Shown here: positions 41,801-55,176 of the stretch, one piece after another | Position numbering within the stretch: the stretch's first letter is position 1 | How the letters are laid out: each line of letters begins with the position of its first letter | Origin: Kudoa neothunni | Lineage: Eukaryota; Animalia; Cnidaria | DNA: 64,000 bases | Direction: 5' to 3' | NCBI GenBank assembly: GCA_964304625.1 | Contig: OZ199838.1 | Location: 10,805,607-10,869,606, forward strand | Notes under the pieces: model-generated | The model's database searches: none | The model's input: the letters and a program-made list of their open reading frames with translations, nothing else | Told to the model about the DNA's origin: nothing | Position numbers and translations under genes: made by a program

Positions 41801-43981
41801 CTGTTGATTGGACGATTTATAACAAAATCGCACCTATCTGAAGATTCTTCATCCAAAAAGCCGTAATAATTGTCCGATGAGTCGGAATCTGAGCAACTTT
41901 CACTGTATCCACACGAACTCATTGCACACAAAACCAGAGGGGAGCACGCGCACAATGTGGTTAATAATAATGTTTCTTGAATTACTCGAAATCTAGTCGT
42001 TAGAATTTATTAAAACTATTCGAGATTATATAACATTATATTTCAAACAATTTTTAGCAAAAAAACCCTGGGTAGATTTCTACCACATTTTTACTTGGAA
42101 AGGTATTGTTGAAATGAAATTTTTTATATTTAACTGACACACCTATTTATTTCTTATATTTATACTATGAAAAAGTTATCAAGATTAGACTGAATTTGAA
42201 CATTGATCTTTTATTTATTAGGTAAAAAAATGACTCCGAACATCACGTGGGATAGATTTCTACCCCATTTTATTTCTAACTTTAATATGACCCGCATTAG
42301 AATTAGGATATATTTTTCTGCCCATTACCCAAAAGGTTGCCGACCCCTGGTTTAAATCATTGGAGGAAGTTCCGTCGGACATGGATCCTTCAAAATAGAC
42401 ATGACTATCAAGACTTTACCCGAGTCACTATACCTATAGTCATCAAGACAATCATCTTCCAGAGGAATATCTTACAAATTAACGATATTTTGTCAATAAA
42501 ACCAAACAACATGCTAATTTAATTATCGCCTGGTAATCCCCGCCAATCAACGGTACACGACAACTAATATTTTAAAATTAGTTCCGCTACATTATTGATA
42601 GGTTAACGCCTAAATGTTGGAATAATACTATAAATATATTAAAATTTCGGATATTTTATACACTTAAAGGTCTGAAAACATGATGCTAGAGCTTCTTCGG
42701 CAAAATTGAGTACAGCATGTTTATAATAATTCATAAATTGGAAATTATTAGATTAAGTGTAAAAAACTGTCCAACCTATTTAAAAATTACGTTGTGTATA
42801 TAAGATCGCTATTGTTTTCTGTATAAGAAAATCAATCGACTATGAATTTGGAATCCGGCTGGACCCTACACCATCACAGAAGGAAAAATATATTTGTCAT
42901 CAATAAATAGTTGGCCTTTTTTATATGCTATGTGATAGTCTGCATTGGTAGTCGCCTCCTTCTTAATTATTTTATAAATAAAATGTTTCATCCATAAAAA
43001 ATTCTTATCAGCTTGTTAAATTTTATTTATTTAATTCTCCAGTTATTTTTGAGTATCTACATGAATTCTTGTTGTTAGAATACCTCTGGATGTATGTCCC
43101 TTGAATATTGCAATTAACTAATTACATGTTAGGAAAGTTGTTTGGTTTACAGCTTAAATGAAGAATCAAGTTATATTACATTTTCCCTTAAAACATCGAA
43201 ATTCAATTTCTATTTCACTGCTTTTTTTTGAATCCATTCTTTTAAATATTAGATTATACCAAATTGTTTGGGAATTTCAAGCAGTGACAACGACATATAA
43301 AGTTAAAACTTTGATTAAATGTGACAGTTGCTTGAGAAGTTTAAATTTGTTTAATGATACCTTTTGTATAAATTAATATTAATATTTTTATGATAAATAT
43401 AACCACATTAATTAAGATAGTAGAATAATCTAATTAATTTTATGTATAGATTGAAAAAATATATTCCTACCTCAGTCCTACGCCATCCAATGAGTAAATG
43501 CTTTTTCATGTAGTATCAGTTGATTATGTGGTTGTATTTAGAGAGTTTATTTGTGATAAGCAACTAAGAAAACCTGATGGTTTTTGTAAACGTCTGTGGT
43601 CTAGTTGTGTTGACCATAAAAATTTGGAAAAGTTCAAAGATAACGTCATTTGTGGATTCTTTTTCGAAAAAGATACTCAAAACCGTCTCAACTTCTCCAA
43701 CGTGGACGACTACACTCAATTATATCATGATGTGTGCAACACACCTCGAAATAAATGTGTGGTCCATTATGGCTGGGAGCGAACCAGATTAGCTTCCGTC
43801 GAACAATCTCTACAAAGTCTTGTAACTTCAAAAGCTCATGTCATCTTATTTGTTTTTTGATGTGCTATTCATTTAGTGCCAATTTCGATCAAATATTCAA
43901 AACCATCTAAAAAGTATAAAAATGAGAATTAAAGTTAGAAAATCGCTTATCTCTTATTTCCTTCACAAATCTCCCAACTAG
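35899..43981 (+). CDS. CXXC1: CXXC finger protein 1 (CFP1, SET1/COMPASS subunit)
   Basis: CXXC domain with KFGG (C.C..C.....C..C..C....KFGG.......C....C at about 36920-37045) and SKYCSQQCG. C-terminal CFP1 blocks: CPCCQSYV...KHVENCYNK, FICD...FCKRLWSSCVDH, CNTPRNKCVVHYGWERTR and LISYFLHK. A 5.4-kb intron spans about 38062-43450. Confidence 0.9.
39679..39702. repeat. (TA)12 microsatellite
   Basis: Directly visible dinucleotide run. Confidence 0.9.
39989..42270 (-). mobile_element. piggyBac element with frameshifted transposase (about 41922 to 40300)
   Basis: TTAA|CCCT end at 39985-39992 and subterminal inverted repeats with GGGTAGAAATCTACCC. Motifs CIDEQL..FRGRC.FKQYMPMKPAKY, VCDNF and YNSVKDGVDT, plus a C-terminal Cys-rich domain. 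Confidence 0.92.
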
Positions 43982-44729
43982 ATCTAGTTAGTGTATGAAT
44001 ATACTCGTACAATTTTGGTTGTGAAAATAACCAATGTATATTGTAAAAACTATTCTTTTTTAGCTCTTTTGTTATAAACATTTATATTATTAATTGTGTC
44101 TTCTTTACTAACTAGTATATTTTATAACTTACTGTGGCATCTTTTTCGAAAAAGTTGTTTCCTGTTTTTTGATTGTTTGAAAATAATAAAAACTGAACGA
44201 TTAGTCTTTTCGCTCATTTATATGATGCTGGGTTTGAACTGTGTGTTTTATATGCTTAATTCGATATAATATAGACTTAGCTCAAATATATGCGAGCTTT
44301 GATAACTAGAAAACAATTAAACTAACTAATCGATATTACTAGAGATCTTCCAACCCGCTTTAAATACTCTATAGTTGAAGCAACATTTGCGGCCAGGTAC
44401 GTAAAGAAAATATTCAGCTAACTAATTTCTCTCAAATTTGTAATAGAAGACAATTTCGTATGTTAAACTAAGTATAAACATTATAGATTATTATTATAAT
44501 CTTGGATAATCTCAAAATATAACGCTATATCGTATATGATGTTTTTGGGTATTTTTATTAAAATAAAGCTTTATTTTCTAAGATTTTCAGGTATTATATT
44601 TTAGGGGGATATTTTGAGTTACCATAGGCACTAATATAAATTTATAAAATATAGCTTAACGAATAAGAACACGATAAATTAACGCCATGCGCACGCAAAA
44701 ACAAACAATAAAATATAACGTTGAGGGTT

Positions 44730-45308
44730 ATGTCCGACGATGAGGCGATCAAGAAAGCTCAACTAAATTATCTTAACGAACTTGCAAATTTTTATAGAGA
44801 TAAAGAGGCGGAAAACTTGTGGATACAAAAATTCTCCAATAACCATCTTATTGGAGCACTTGTATCGTACGACAAGGGCCATGATCAACTAAAACAATTC
44901 CTTCAGTCCAGTTGCATCAAATGTTCCACGTCTCTAGATTCCGTGAATGGAATAATAATGTCCAAGCAACGCGTGCTTAAATATTATTCCAGTCAACCCA
45001 ACCTAAAATTCAATAAATCGTATTTGGCCTCACTCTCGAAACATAAAAAGTCTTCTCGATTTTATGTGAAGAAATGCAAGAATTGTTTTTTTATTAATGC
45101 CTATAAAATAAAAGGTAAAACTAAAACCCAAAAATCTACTGAATCGAACGACGAAAAACTAAATATTATCGATACTGCCGAAAAAGCAGCAATAAAACTG
45201 CACAAAGTTTTAAAATTGAGAAATGAAAATGTAAAACGAGTTACTGATCTATCATCTTCAACAAAGAAAAAACCATCAAATTTGATGTCTTTTCTTAACC
45301 AACTGTAG
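44730..45308 (+). CDS. C18orf21: Rpr2/RPP21-fold protein resembling C18orf21 (RMP24, RNase MRP subunit); single exon
   Basis: LNYL helix, two CxxC pairs (CIKC, CKNC) separated by a long basic insert, and a Lys/Ser-rich tail ending in LMSFLNQL, an architecture I recall for C18orf21/Snm1-like proteins. ATG 32 nt after TGCGCACGCA. Confidence 0.62.
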   Translation: MSDDEAIKKAQLNYLNELANFYRDKEAENLWIQKFSNNHLIGALVSYDKGHDQLKQFLQSSCIKCSTSLDSVNGIIMSKQRVLKYYSSQPNLKFNKSYLASLSKHKKSSRFYVKKCKNCFFINAYKIKGKTKTQKSTESNDEKLNIIDTAEKAAIKLHKVLKLRNENVKRVTDLSSSTKKKPSNLMSFLNQL

Positions 45309-47420
45309 TATGTATATATTTATAGCATAGCATTGTGGTATAATTACTATTGGGTTATTTTTTTACATGTTTTCCTTGTTTACATATATTTTTCGGATGA
45401 AGTAGCTTCAAAATTTTATACTAAAGTAATTTTGCATATGTAAATTTAGAATCCGTCTAACGCTCATATACTGGTTAATCGGAGAATTGAGGTATTATTT
45501 TTGTCATTACACAGTACATGACGATCAAAAGTGGTTTACAACATGATAATATCTCTTGTAAATATATAATTGAATAATAATCGATATCAATGTGTGTTTG
45601 TATTTTTATGTAATTAACTTAATGATTTTGATGACATATATCTTAAAATTTATCCAAACTCATATACAGTTGATAGCCTTTGTTCTGTATTAAATGATTT
45701 TACTCATTTTTATTTTTTCTTCTTGTATATAGAATTTTGAAGGTAGAAAATATTTCTATAAATTTAAGAGGTTTATTTTATACACGCTGTTATTTAAAAT
45801 AGCAAGAAAATGTAATTTATAAAGAAGTTTTTAATAAAAATAGACTATTGATTACATCACGGATAACAATATAATTAATTTAATAATATAAAAAGTTCAT
45901 TATTTCCCATTTTTAGATATTTTCAAGATGAAAGCTGCCATGCTTTTACTTTCGCAATTTTAGTCCTGTACCTATTTCTGCATTGAATAAATATTAAACA
46001 AAAAGATCAAATTAATTTACTCAAACAAAGCAATTAAGACATCAGCCTGAAGAAAGGGATATAAAATTGAAATGAAAAAATGATTTTGATAGTATAGTTT
46101 ATGATCGATTAAAGCTATTAATAGCTAATATAGATGACTTTTATAGATTGACTACCAAATATGTAAAAAATTGCCCAAATGATTAACTTTAAACGAGTTT
46201 GTGAATTTGGATGGTTGCTTGGTTATAGTTTGCACTTTAATTTAAGAATGGTCTATTTCATCACTAAATCTTGTATGCACTCACAACTGTTACCAGAACT
46301 AGTGGTCTACATTGAGGATATTGCTAGAGACATATTTTATTAATTGTTTGTATAATTTCTTTAAACTTGACTATTCTGTTAACAAAACAATGCAAATTTA
46401 TATTTACACGTACAGATTTTCTAAGGAAACGTTTGTTTAATGCCTGGAATCCAATTCGAATATAGAAAAGAGATATGAAGGAACCTAAAATACGCGTCTA
46501 CTTTTGGAAGTGTGTCAGATTTTCCTTTGATCAATCATCATAAAAATTTGTCTTCAAAAAATAAACCATTTAAAATATGTAAAATAAGAAAGCAGAGGTA
46601 AGGGATGAAGTATGAAAAGTATACCAATATTTTTAAACGAATAAATTAAAAAATTTTTTCTTTCTCAGTAGCCCAAACTTTAATAATGGAATTAAATTAT
46701 ACATCACTCTCGTATTTTAACAAAATTCCAAAAGTTATTTGCAACCATTCAATAAACGAATAATTTATTTTTTTAAGTAAAAAGATAATACTATTCCGGT
46801 TAAAGCCCACAATTTAGAAAATGATAATGAGACTAATCCATAGCCGTTGGAGGTTCTTCAAGTTATGTTAAAAATATAAAAGAATTGACCTAAATATATC
46901 CAAAGAAACAACAATTATGAGAACCAGAGAAGGCAATTTCTCATGGATCAGTAATTACCCATATAATATCTATTATTAATATGGGTAATATTAAATTTTC
47001 GTATGAAACCAATGTAATGGTAGACGAAGATTGCATCTAATTTAATTTAGAAGATTGTGATGAATCCTCTCTCCTAATAGGCATTAGCTAGGGTGCGTTA
47101 GGGGAAAAAAATGAAAATGAAGAAATAAAAATTAGAAAATATCTTTTTTAGGAAACCTTAAATTTTTTACCCATCGTAAAAAAATTATGGCGGGTAAACA
47201 ACTGGACTGCTCTGAAAAATCAGTAAAAAATGAACAAAAAATTACAAATAATGCGTTAAAAAATTTATTCTAATAAATATAAAGGGTTTTCTAAAAAAAT
47301 GATAATTGTGAACCTTTTACATTACTTCCATTCAATAAATTCCTACTCATTGTACATGAAATCGAAAATACGTCAAAGTTCAATAATGTATTTTTAGCAA
47401 ATACCCTCTGGTCCAAAATT

Positions 47421-47447
47421 ATTGCCGGAAACCGATTACCTACTGTA
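47421..47447. repeat. solo Tigger terminus related to the 4356-5796 family
   Basis: GGAAACCGATTACCTACTG-TA resembles the right TIR at 5770-5796. Confidence 0.5.
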
Positions 47448-49780
47448 ATATGTCTTTACCACAGTAATAGATAGCCGATAATATGCAATTTCATTAACTT
47501 GATGAGTTAATAGTTTATATAAAATTATATACTTTGAAAATATTACAATTATGAGGAAAATGTTTCATAATTTTTTCGATTAAATTTGGGAATTGTTAAT
47601 ATACATTAAATCACAGGACTGCAATGATGGTGCAATAAATTCGAGTGAACCATGAGGATTTAGTTTATTTCGTAAAGGTGGAAATTTAATTTCAGTCGAT
47701 TTAATTTCTGAAGAAACATACGAATTAAATTGAAATTGTTGTATTCTATATCTGGAGGCGCAACAATAATCATATGACATTGTTCAATTTATTCTATATC
47801 CAAACTGAAAAAAGGTTAAATTTTTTAGACATTTAGGATACAATAATATGATGAAACTGGAAAAGATAAGAATTTAGCAGTTAATCAGGGCTTATGGCTG
47901 GGTAACCTGATGAAGTAAAAAAATCGAACGAATTTCAGTTGATAAAATAATTACAAATAAAGAATTTGCTAATGTAATATGAATTAACTCAATTATTTAT
48001 TAAAATGTTTCGATAGTTGTAATTATGAGTCAGATATGGAAAGAATATTTTTACTCATAATCTGTTGACTTTAAGACATACAGTTAATGAGCGCTTTATC
48101 CAATTTATAAAATTTTTTAAATGTTCGTCCAAATTATGTATACAATTTAGACGACATCTTCTAATTTTATGAAAAATGGTTTTAAAAATTTCAATCTCTG
48201 AATAAATCATTCTGTAGGTGAGATACGACTATGTATTTGAATACATTGAAGGAGTATAAATTCAATAATATGATAATTATATTGAAGGAACATTAATAAG
48301 AGAAGTCACACATGAACCAATGATAAATATCCAATATAAAAGCCTTATTTTAATTTAAATTATTAAAATTTTCCCATATTCATAAAGACCAAGTAGGAAT
48401 TGGTGTAATGAGGTGAAATTGTTTTTGAGATATTTAACAAGAAATAATCAATTATATGTAAATGTAAATAAGATAAAATGAATCATATTTCTCTAAAATG
48501 GAGGTTGTCAAATAAAAAATTATACTTATAAATACTAGTGATTTACAATGTTTTTAAAAGTGCGCACGCAACGGATGTTACGAATCATACGTATTGTATG
48601 TTGTACGGGTCGTGATTTTTTAAAACCCAATGGAATTAAGAACAAAACATTGCTTATGGTATCACACGAATTAATATTTTAACTGTGTATCTTTTGTTCT
48701 CTCTACAAATTTTATTCCATATAAAAGAAGGAATTTTATTTTTTTAATATTATTGATGATAATTTAAACGGATAGGATGACAAATGAAATTCATTAAATT
48801 GATTCTTTGTTATATTATCTAATGATAAGGTTCGTTAATTATCTCAATATTCGTTTCTATTTTCTTAAAAATAAATTCTAAGTAATAGGTTTAAGAAATG
48901 TTATTTTATAGAATTAACATAATAAATTCGGAAAAAATAGTTTTACAAGATAAGACTTTGTTTGTAAGAAATAATAAAAAATAAGTAGAAAAATGTAATT
49001 TTTAAAAGGTTTTGTTTGTGAATAATAAAATATTTATGGTCATTATTGGCAGATCTACAGAATTCATTCAAGTTTAAAAATGTTACATTTACGAGAGATT
49101 TAGGCTAGTCGCGATATAATAAAAAAATATAAATCATGTGGAATTATTGAATTTTTCTATCAAGTATATTGCTTGGTGTCAATTTTTTAGTTAAGTTTAA
49201 TACTATTTTTAACTCATATTATTATATTCATTTTTTATTTTAATAATTAGGAAATTATAAAATATCCTATTTATAGCATTCCGTTTGTTTGTAGACACCA
49301 AAAATTTCATAAATAATTAATTTAATTATCTTAAATAATAATCTCATAATAAAAATAAGATCAAAGGCTCAACAATTTAAGTTGGGATTTGAAGAGAAAT
49401 ACTTTTTCTGTTGAAATGATTCCAAAAATTATTATAAAACGTTAAAAGTTAAAACATGTAATCATAAAAGTAGTATGAAACATGCAATTTGACACCATGC
49501 GTGCGTCGATATAACAAGTCATTAAAAATATTGGTAAGCGGAGCACTCTTTTTTTCTTTCTAAGATACACGCTAATCGAGTAACTAACTGTTTATCGTTT
49601 GGAGATAACTGACATTATTTTATTATTCTAGAGCAATATCGAGTGTGTCATAGAAGAAGTAAATTAAATTGGCAAACAAATCAATGTATGGTGCATTATG
49701 ATCATTTCAGCGAATGATAATCTGTTTGTCAGAGATTCGCCTTCCATTAAAATAAAGTTACTGCGTATCACTTCACGCTC

Positions 49781-52700
49781 ATGGAAATGCCCATCCAACC
49801 TAAAGAGAGACTTCAACATCTTGTTGAGTTAGCTCAAACCATCAAATTCGACCCCCACAGGCCTTTACGCTATTATATTGTGTTGGTTAATGAGTTGGAA
49901 CAACGGGTTATTTTAATTGGTTCAAATAATTAAGTAACACTGTGATTTTCGCTAATTTAGGGGAAAAGAGCCATTGTAGATAAACGTTTTGAAGAAGCCT
50001 TTGTCAGTTTAGTGCGTATGCTTCTGTAAGTATTTTTTTACTAAATTTTACTTGTATTGCAAATAATTTATTATACAATTAATACAGTAATATTTCTTAT
50101 TTTTGAAATAATATAACGATACACATAATTATAGCTGTTAATTTATGATAAAATAAAATCCGGAATTGTTTTGATAAATTGTTGTTGTTGTTGTTGCCAT
50201 GATCATTACAAAATTAATATTTAATCTTCCTTGAAATCTATGTTATTCTTAACAATGGGAGTGCTTTATTTAAATGAGTCAATAAATAATTTAAGTGTAT
50301 CGAATAATACATTATTATTTACTTGTTGTCCTTTTTTGAATTAGTTTGTAAAAGTTTTGAATATATTTAACAATATTTCGCGTCTTTACGTTCTTCCTCT
50401 CTTGTTGGATAGGACCTCGCGATTGCATTCTCTAAATCAGTGTTTCCAAACTTTTTTTCGAGCTCGCCCCACTTTACAACAGTATTGATTTTTAATTTAA
50501 ACTGCTTATAATTTTGATTCATGCATCATATCATATCCAGATTTGAAATGATCAATATATATATATATTGCTTTTCTCATTAAAAATGAGATATATTCGA
50601 CCAGATCTAATTTAATTTATCGTTGAACCTTAAAAATTAACATCTTTATTTCTTCGTTCCGCCCAAAACGGCGTTAAATCAAACTCGTTCTAGTCTAGCT
50701 CGCATTAAACAAGACTTTCATATATACTGGTCTTATACAACCGAAAGAAATAAACTATATAGAAAATTAATAAATATTAGATTAAATTAAATTAACTTTA
50801 AACCAAGATGATCATGATTATCCCTCGAAGGACCGACTTAGAAAAACATACGCGAGGAACCAACTGGGGTCATCTTTGACCCCAGGACTTTTCATTTTTT
50901 TAAACAGTTATATTCTTTTAGTCCATCTAATTGTTACACTTATTGTATGTATTTAATAAAAATTGGGTTGTGGGAATTTTACCACCGCCAAGTTACCATT
51001 AAATGGTTATATCGCTCCATAAACCATTATCCATGTTATTTGTATATTAATGGATATAATGTCTTAAATAGATATATACCACTATGTTATAACATTTTCA
51101 AGGAGATAACGATAACAATAGAATATCTAATTGAGTTTTAATGTGAACTTTGAGCATGAGGCCCCAATAATTCGATGATTACAATCTCCGGCGCCGCTCG
51201 ATAATGATAATACGTGTATGCAACTGTAGATTATATTTTGCTATTTGATTATTAAACAGGGGACGCCCCTCCCAACAAACTTACAATTATTCGGATGTGG
51301 AACCTATTAAACATATTTTTAGTAAAAAATAAATATATTTCAAAGTTAATGGCAGATTTTGTTGATTCTTCTTTTTGATTTTGAGTAAAATTTCGATGTA
51401 TTCCGTCCTTCATTACATTGCTTATTGAAATCTCTTCTAAAGGATAATCTCTAGATAATCACCAAATCCAAAAGGAGTTCATCGGCGCGAAACCAAAAAA
51501 TGCATTTATTACGCGTCTAACAATGCTCAACACTTTTTAATCAAAATTAATGTCATTAGCTTTTTTTATAACATTTATTACTTTGATATCAGTTCGTAAA
51601 AACTACATTTAAGTGAGGTAGCTAGTATATCGCTTATTAAAACTAAAGTATTTAAATCAGTAAATACACTTTTTTCTTCATAACTTTCTAATTATCAATT
51701 ACAGACTATAATTAAGGAATCCAGAATTTTTGAGACCCCTCATTTAGTTCAATATGCAGAAAAAATCAATCTATCGAAATTGGGGTCATAAATGAGACAA
51801 GATTGAAATTAAAACCATAACGATCTTATTTGGATAAAAACCAAGTTAAATGTTATTATATATTTGGGTACAATTAATCATTGCTTTTGGTGTTGGCTTA
51901 TATTAATAATGGTCATTTAACAATAAACGGTGTCGAGAATCGAGGTATTGATTTCAAAATGCGGCACACTCCCCATTTATCTCACCATTACCCATGTCAC
52001 ATCAATTCTCAGGGTTTTCCGCGTCGAACCAGAACCTTTCATTAAACGTTCAAAAAGTTCCCTGCCCCACCAAAATTTTTCCGAGCTCCACCAATGAAAA
52101 ACATTGCTTATAGGGATTTACAATTTACTGGCTTATTTATGCAATAATAACCTCTGTAAAATTACCTTTGTTTATTGCCACTAGGTTTTATTGATTAATT
52201 GAAGATGTTTAACAATTAATTCATTATATCAAATTTTAAAGTTGTGTGATTTTAACTTGCATCTTATAATTCCATACATTTGATATTGCTGTCGATACAA
52301 ACTGTAGACTCGTTTTTTATATCATCCCCTGTATAAAATTAAAATATTAAATTTAGATTAATCATAAAATGTTTTTGTGAATATATAATGGTTGATAATA
52401 ATTAATATTTTAATTTTAGATTGGTGTTTTCAGTTAAATTTTTCGAGATATGTTGAATTACAATAATATCTAATTTTTCTTATATTTAATGTTTAGGTGA
52501 GTTTTGTGTTGATAGAATTTCTATTTTATCAAAAAATATGTTTAAATAACCTATCACATGAGGATTGAGATCTTAATTAAATTATTCTTCATGAATTATG
52601 TATAAATAAATTTTAAATTATTATCTCTAAAATAAATTTTTCAACAACTATGTGATCGTGAATAAATACTCTAAAAAGAAAAATATACGCACCAAGCTAA

Positions 52701-54486
52701 AATAATTGTTTAATTTGTATATATAGCGTAATTATTTCATATATCCCAAAGCATCCAGACTATCAAATTATTGATCAATCTATTTATAGAGATTTAGATT
52801 TGGTAAGTTTTTAGGGTTTAAAATACATTAATCGGTTATACAATAACGTTTATAGTTGAAAGAGAGATATTTTTCAATCACTTCGCAAATAAAACAGTTA
52901 TTAAGAAAGAAATTTCAACGCGACTATGCCATGAACTCAATGAGAAATAATTTAATCGGAATTGACAATGATCTGATGAACCATTCAAAAACAATTAAGA
53001 CGGATGACTTAGGCCGGAGAAGAGAAACCACATCCACATTAACAAAAGATAAAATAATCGCTTTTGCTGATAGTAGTGACGATGAAAAACTTTCAGATTC
53101 TTATAATACCCTGGGGTCGTCATATCTACCATTGAAAAAAAAGATCAACCAGCCATTTTCTCATCATAATTTTCTAGATGATTCCCCTATAAAAAACTCC
53201 TATGATAAAATTAATTCTCAAGTGGCGACCACATCTTACAAGGATTTATTGGGAGGTTTCAGCGGTTTTGATATGAGTGATATCCATCAAAGAACAAGTC
53301 TAAAACCCTCTCCCAAAGAACTCAATAAAAATTTTTCCAGTTGCTTCTTTATAAAGAAGAATGGGGTTTTAATAATTTTCTTAGATATGAATACCATCCC
53401 AATAAATAATGAAATATCGATTCCAAGAAATGAATCATTTTCAAGTCCGTTACCAGATTTAGAAGATTTTTCGACATCATCGTCTCCCATTAGAAATGAT
53501 GTTTTAAATGCTTCAACAATTTCCAAACCGTTGGTCGACTATTTCGATAAGAAGGACAATACATTGAACAGTTACACTTATGATAGATCGCTTAAACCTG
53601 AACACTCCAAAATGTATATTGTTACTAATTCGAACAATTCTTCCCTTCTGGAAGATATGGGAACCCCCACAGAAAGCGTTGAAAACGTCTTAACTACTAC
53701 TACCACGTTGAGTGACAATAACACCAATACTAGCACTGATCTGTATTCGGTAGTTATCCCTGGTGACACGGTCGAAAGATTTTCTGCCAAAGCTATGAGT
53801 GATATCAATCGAAATGTTGAAACGCTTGGAATTCTTGCTGGAATTTTAGTAATAATAGAATCGAATTTATTATTGTGGTTGATAATTGGTGCCCCTTGTA
53901 GAAAAATAACACCTACTTTCTTACTCATATCCTAATTCCGAAACAATGTGGAACTTCGGACTCATGCGAAATGCTAAATGAAAATGAAATATTTTTGTAT
54001 CAGATTGAAAATAACTTGCTCACCTTAGGATGGATTCATGTACGATTATGGAGTTGAGATTTTTAGGTTACTCTCACGTTTCTAGACCCACCCAACACAA
54101 TCTTGTTTTCTTTCCAGTGTCGATCTTCACACTCACTATTCTTATCAATGCCAACTCGATGAAGCGATTGCTATTGTTGTGTCTCATCGAAAGAATTGGT
54201 AATTTTTCACCACACAATTCTTTTTGTTCTACTGTTATGCTATGTAAAATTTGGAAATGTTTTAGCAATTATGTTTTCCATCTTACCCCTCAAGGTATGG
54301 AGGAAATTAGAGACTGCACCGAACGAGGTTTTCATCCCCATGCTGGCAATAATTTATTTGAGGTAAACATTTGCCAAATGATTTTGCATGAATAAATTCA
54401 TACAGGTTTGCAACTTTGCTATAACTGATCGCAATACGTATATCAATGTAGTAGATATGAGATCACATAATTCGAAATGTTTGTAA
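49781..54486 (+). CDS. STAMBP: STAM-binding protein / AMSH-like K63 deubiquitinase (MIT + JAMM)
   Basis: MIT region PKERLQHL...PLRYY, FEEAFV and IPKHPDY. JAMM core [51 protein letters not shown] and GFHPH. About nine exons splice in frame. Confidence 0.95.
50438..52106. mobile_element. degenerate hAT-type element with nested piggyBac-terminal fragments in STAMBP intron 2
   Basis: CAGTGTTTCCAAAC start with an imperfect inverted end TGAAAAACATTG; GAGCTC subterminal motifs; weak TSD; GGGGTCA..TGACCCC fragment at about 50866. Confidence 0.45.
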
Positions 54487-54706
54487 CGATTCATCGACAT
54501 TTTATTGTGCATAACCATACTTTTGTCTTTGTATTGAACTTGTAAAGTATATTTTGGCTCGTTCTTGCATTGGTTATTATAAATTTATATATTTTAAAAA
54601 TTAATTTTTATGACAAAATTCGTATTTATTGATCAATAAACGATGGGAAGTTGACCGCATGATGACTGAGCACTGAACTAAACACAACTAGAGGTGTTTG
54701 AAGTTG

Positions 54707-55176
54707 CCGTGGACTGATAGCACATCAGTGTGACACTTGGACTCAGAACCTTGAGGTAATGGATTAGAATCCACTGGTGGTCAGATTACTGCTTCCGTGT
54801 CGGTGGGTGTCTATCCCATATTTGGGAGCTGTGGTTAAAGTGTACGCTCGCTGTGGGGTGGGATGCACTGGCAGCCAGATTTGCGTGAAGTGGGGTGAGC
54901 GTGAATAGGAGTTTGAATCTCCGGAACCCATCGAAAAGCAAAGTAATTTGCAGTTCCCACAGAGTCAACGTCCTTAAAGGGATAGGGTTTGGGGTGGTGA
55001 TCGCCCTGATACGAGGATGTTTAGTGGGTTAAAGTCCCACACTACCGCATAAAGATAAGCGACGGGGTTTCATGTTACGTCCTGCGGTGCCTAAAGTGTT
55101 AATGGAAGAGGGTCTGACCAACCAGAATTCCACAACCTAATAAGTTGCGCCAAGGGTTTTACCTTGTAAAAAAAAA
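54707..55176 (+). mobile_element. tRNA-derived SINE (about 470 bp) with oligo-A tail and 13-bp TSD
   Basis: Identical flanks GTGTTTGAAGTTG at 54694-54706 and 55177-55189; A9 tail; GC-rich body; B-box-like T-arm GGATTAGAATCC at 54761. Confidence 0.85.

Larger units (their letters stand above)
39555..42349. mobile_element. hAT (Charlie/Buster-like) MITE carrying a nested piggyBac, in a CXXC1 intron
   Basis: TIRs CAGGGGTCGG(T/C)AACCT; 8-bp TSD GTTTAGAT/GTTTAAAT. Same family as 57503-58042, in opposite orientation. Confidence 0.85.

Noticed and set aside
55025-55075. RNase MRP-like words AAAGTCCC ... ACGGGGTTTCA
   Set aside because: Spacing is far too short for the CR-I/CR-V pseudoknot, and the sequence lies inside a TSD-flanked SINE.
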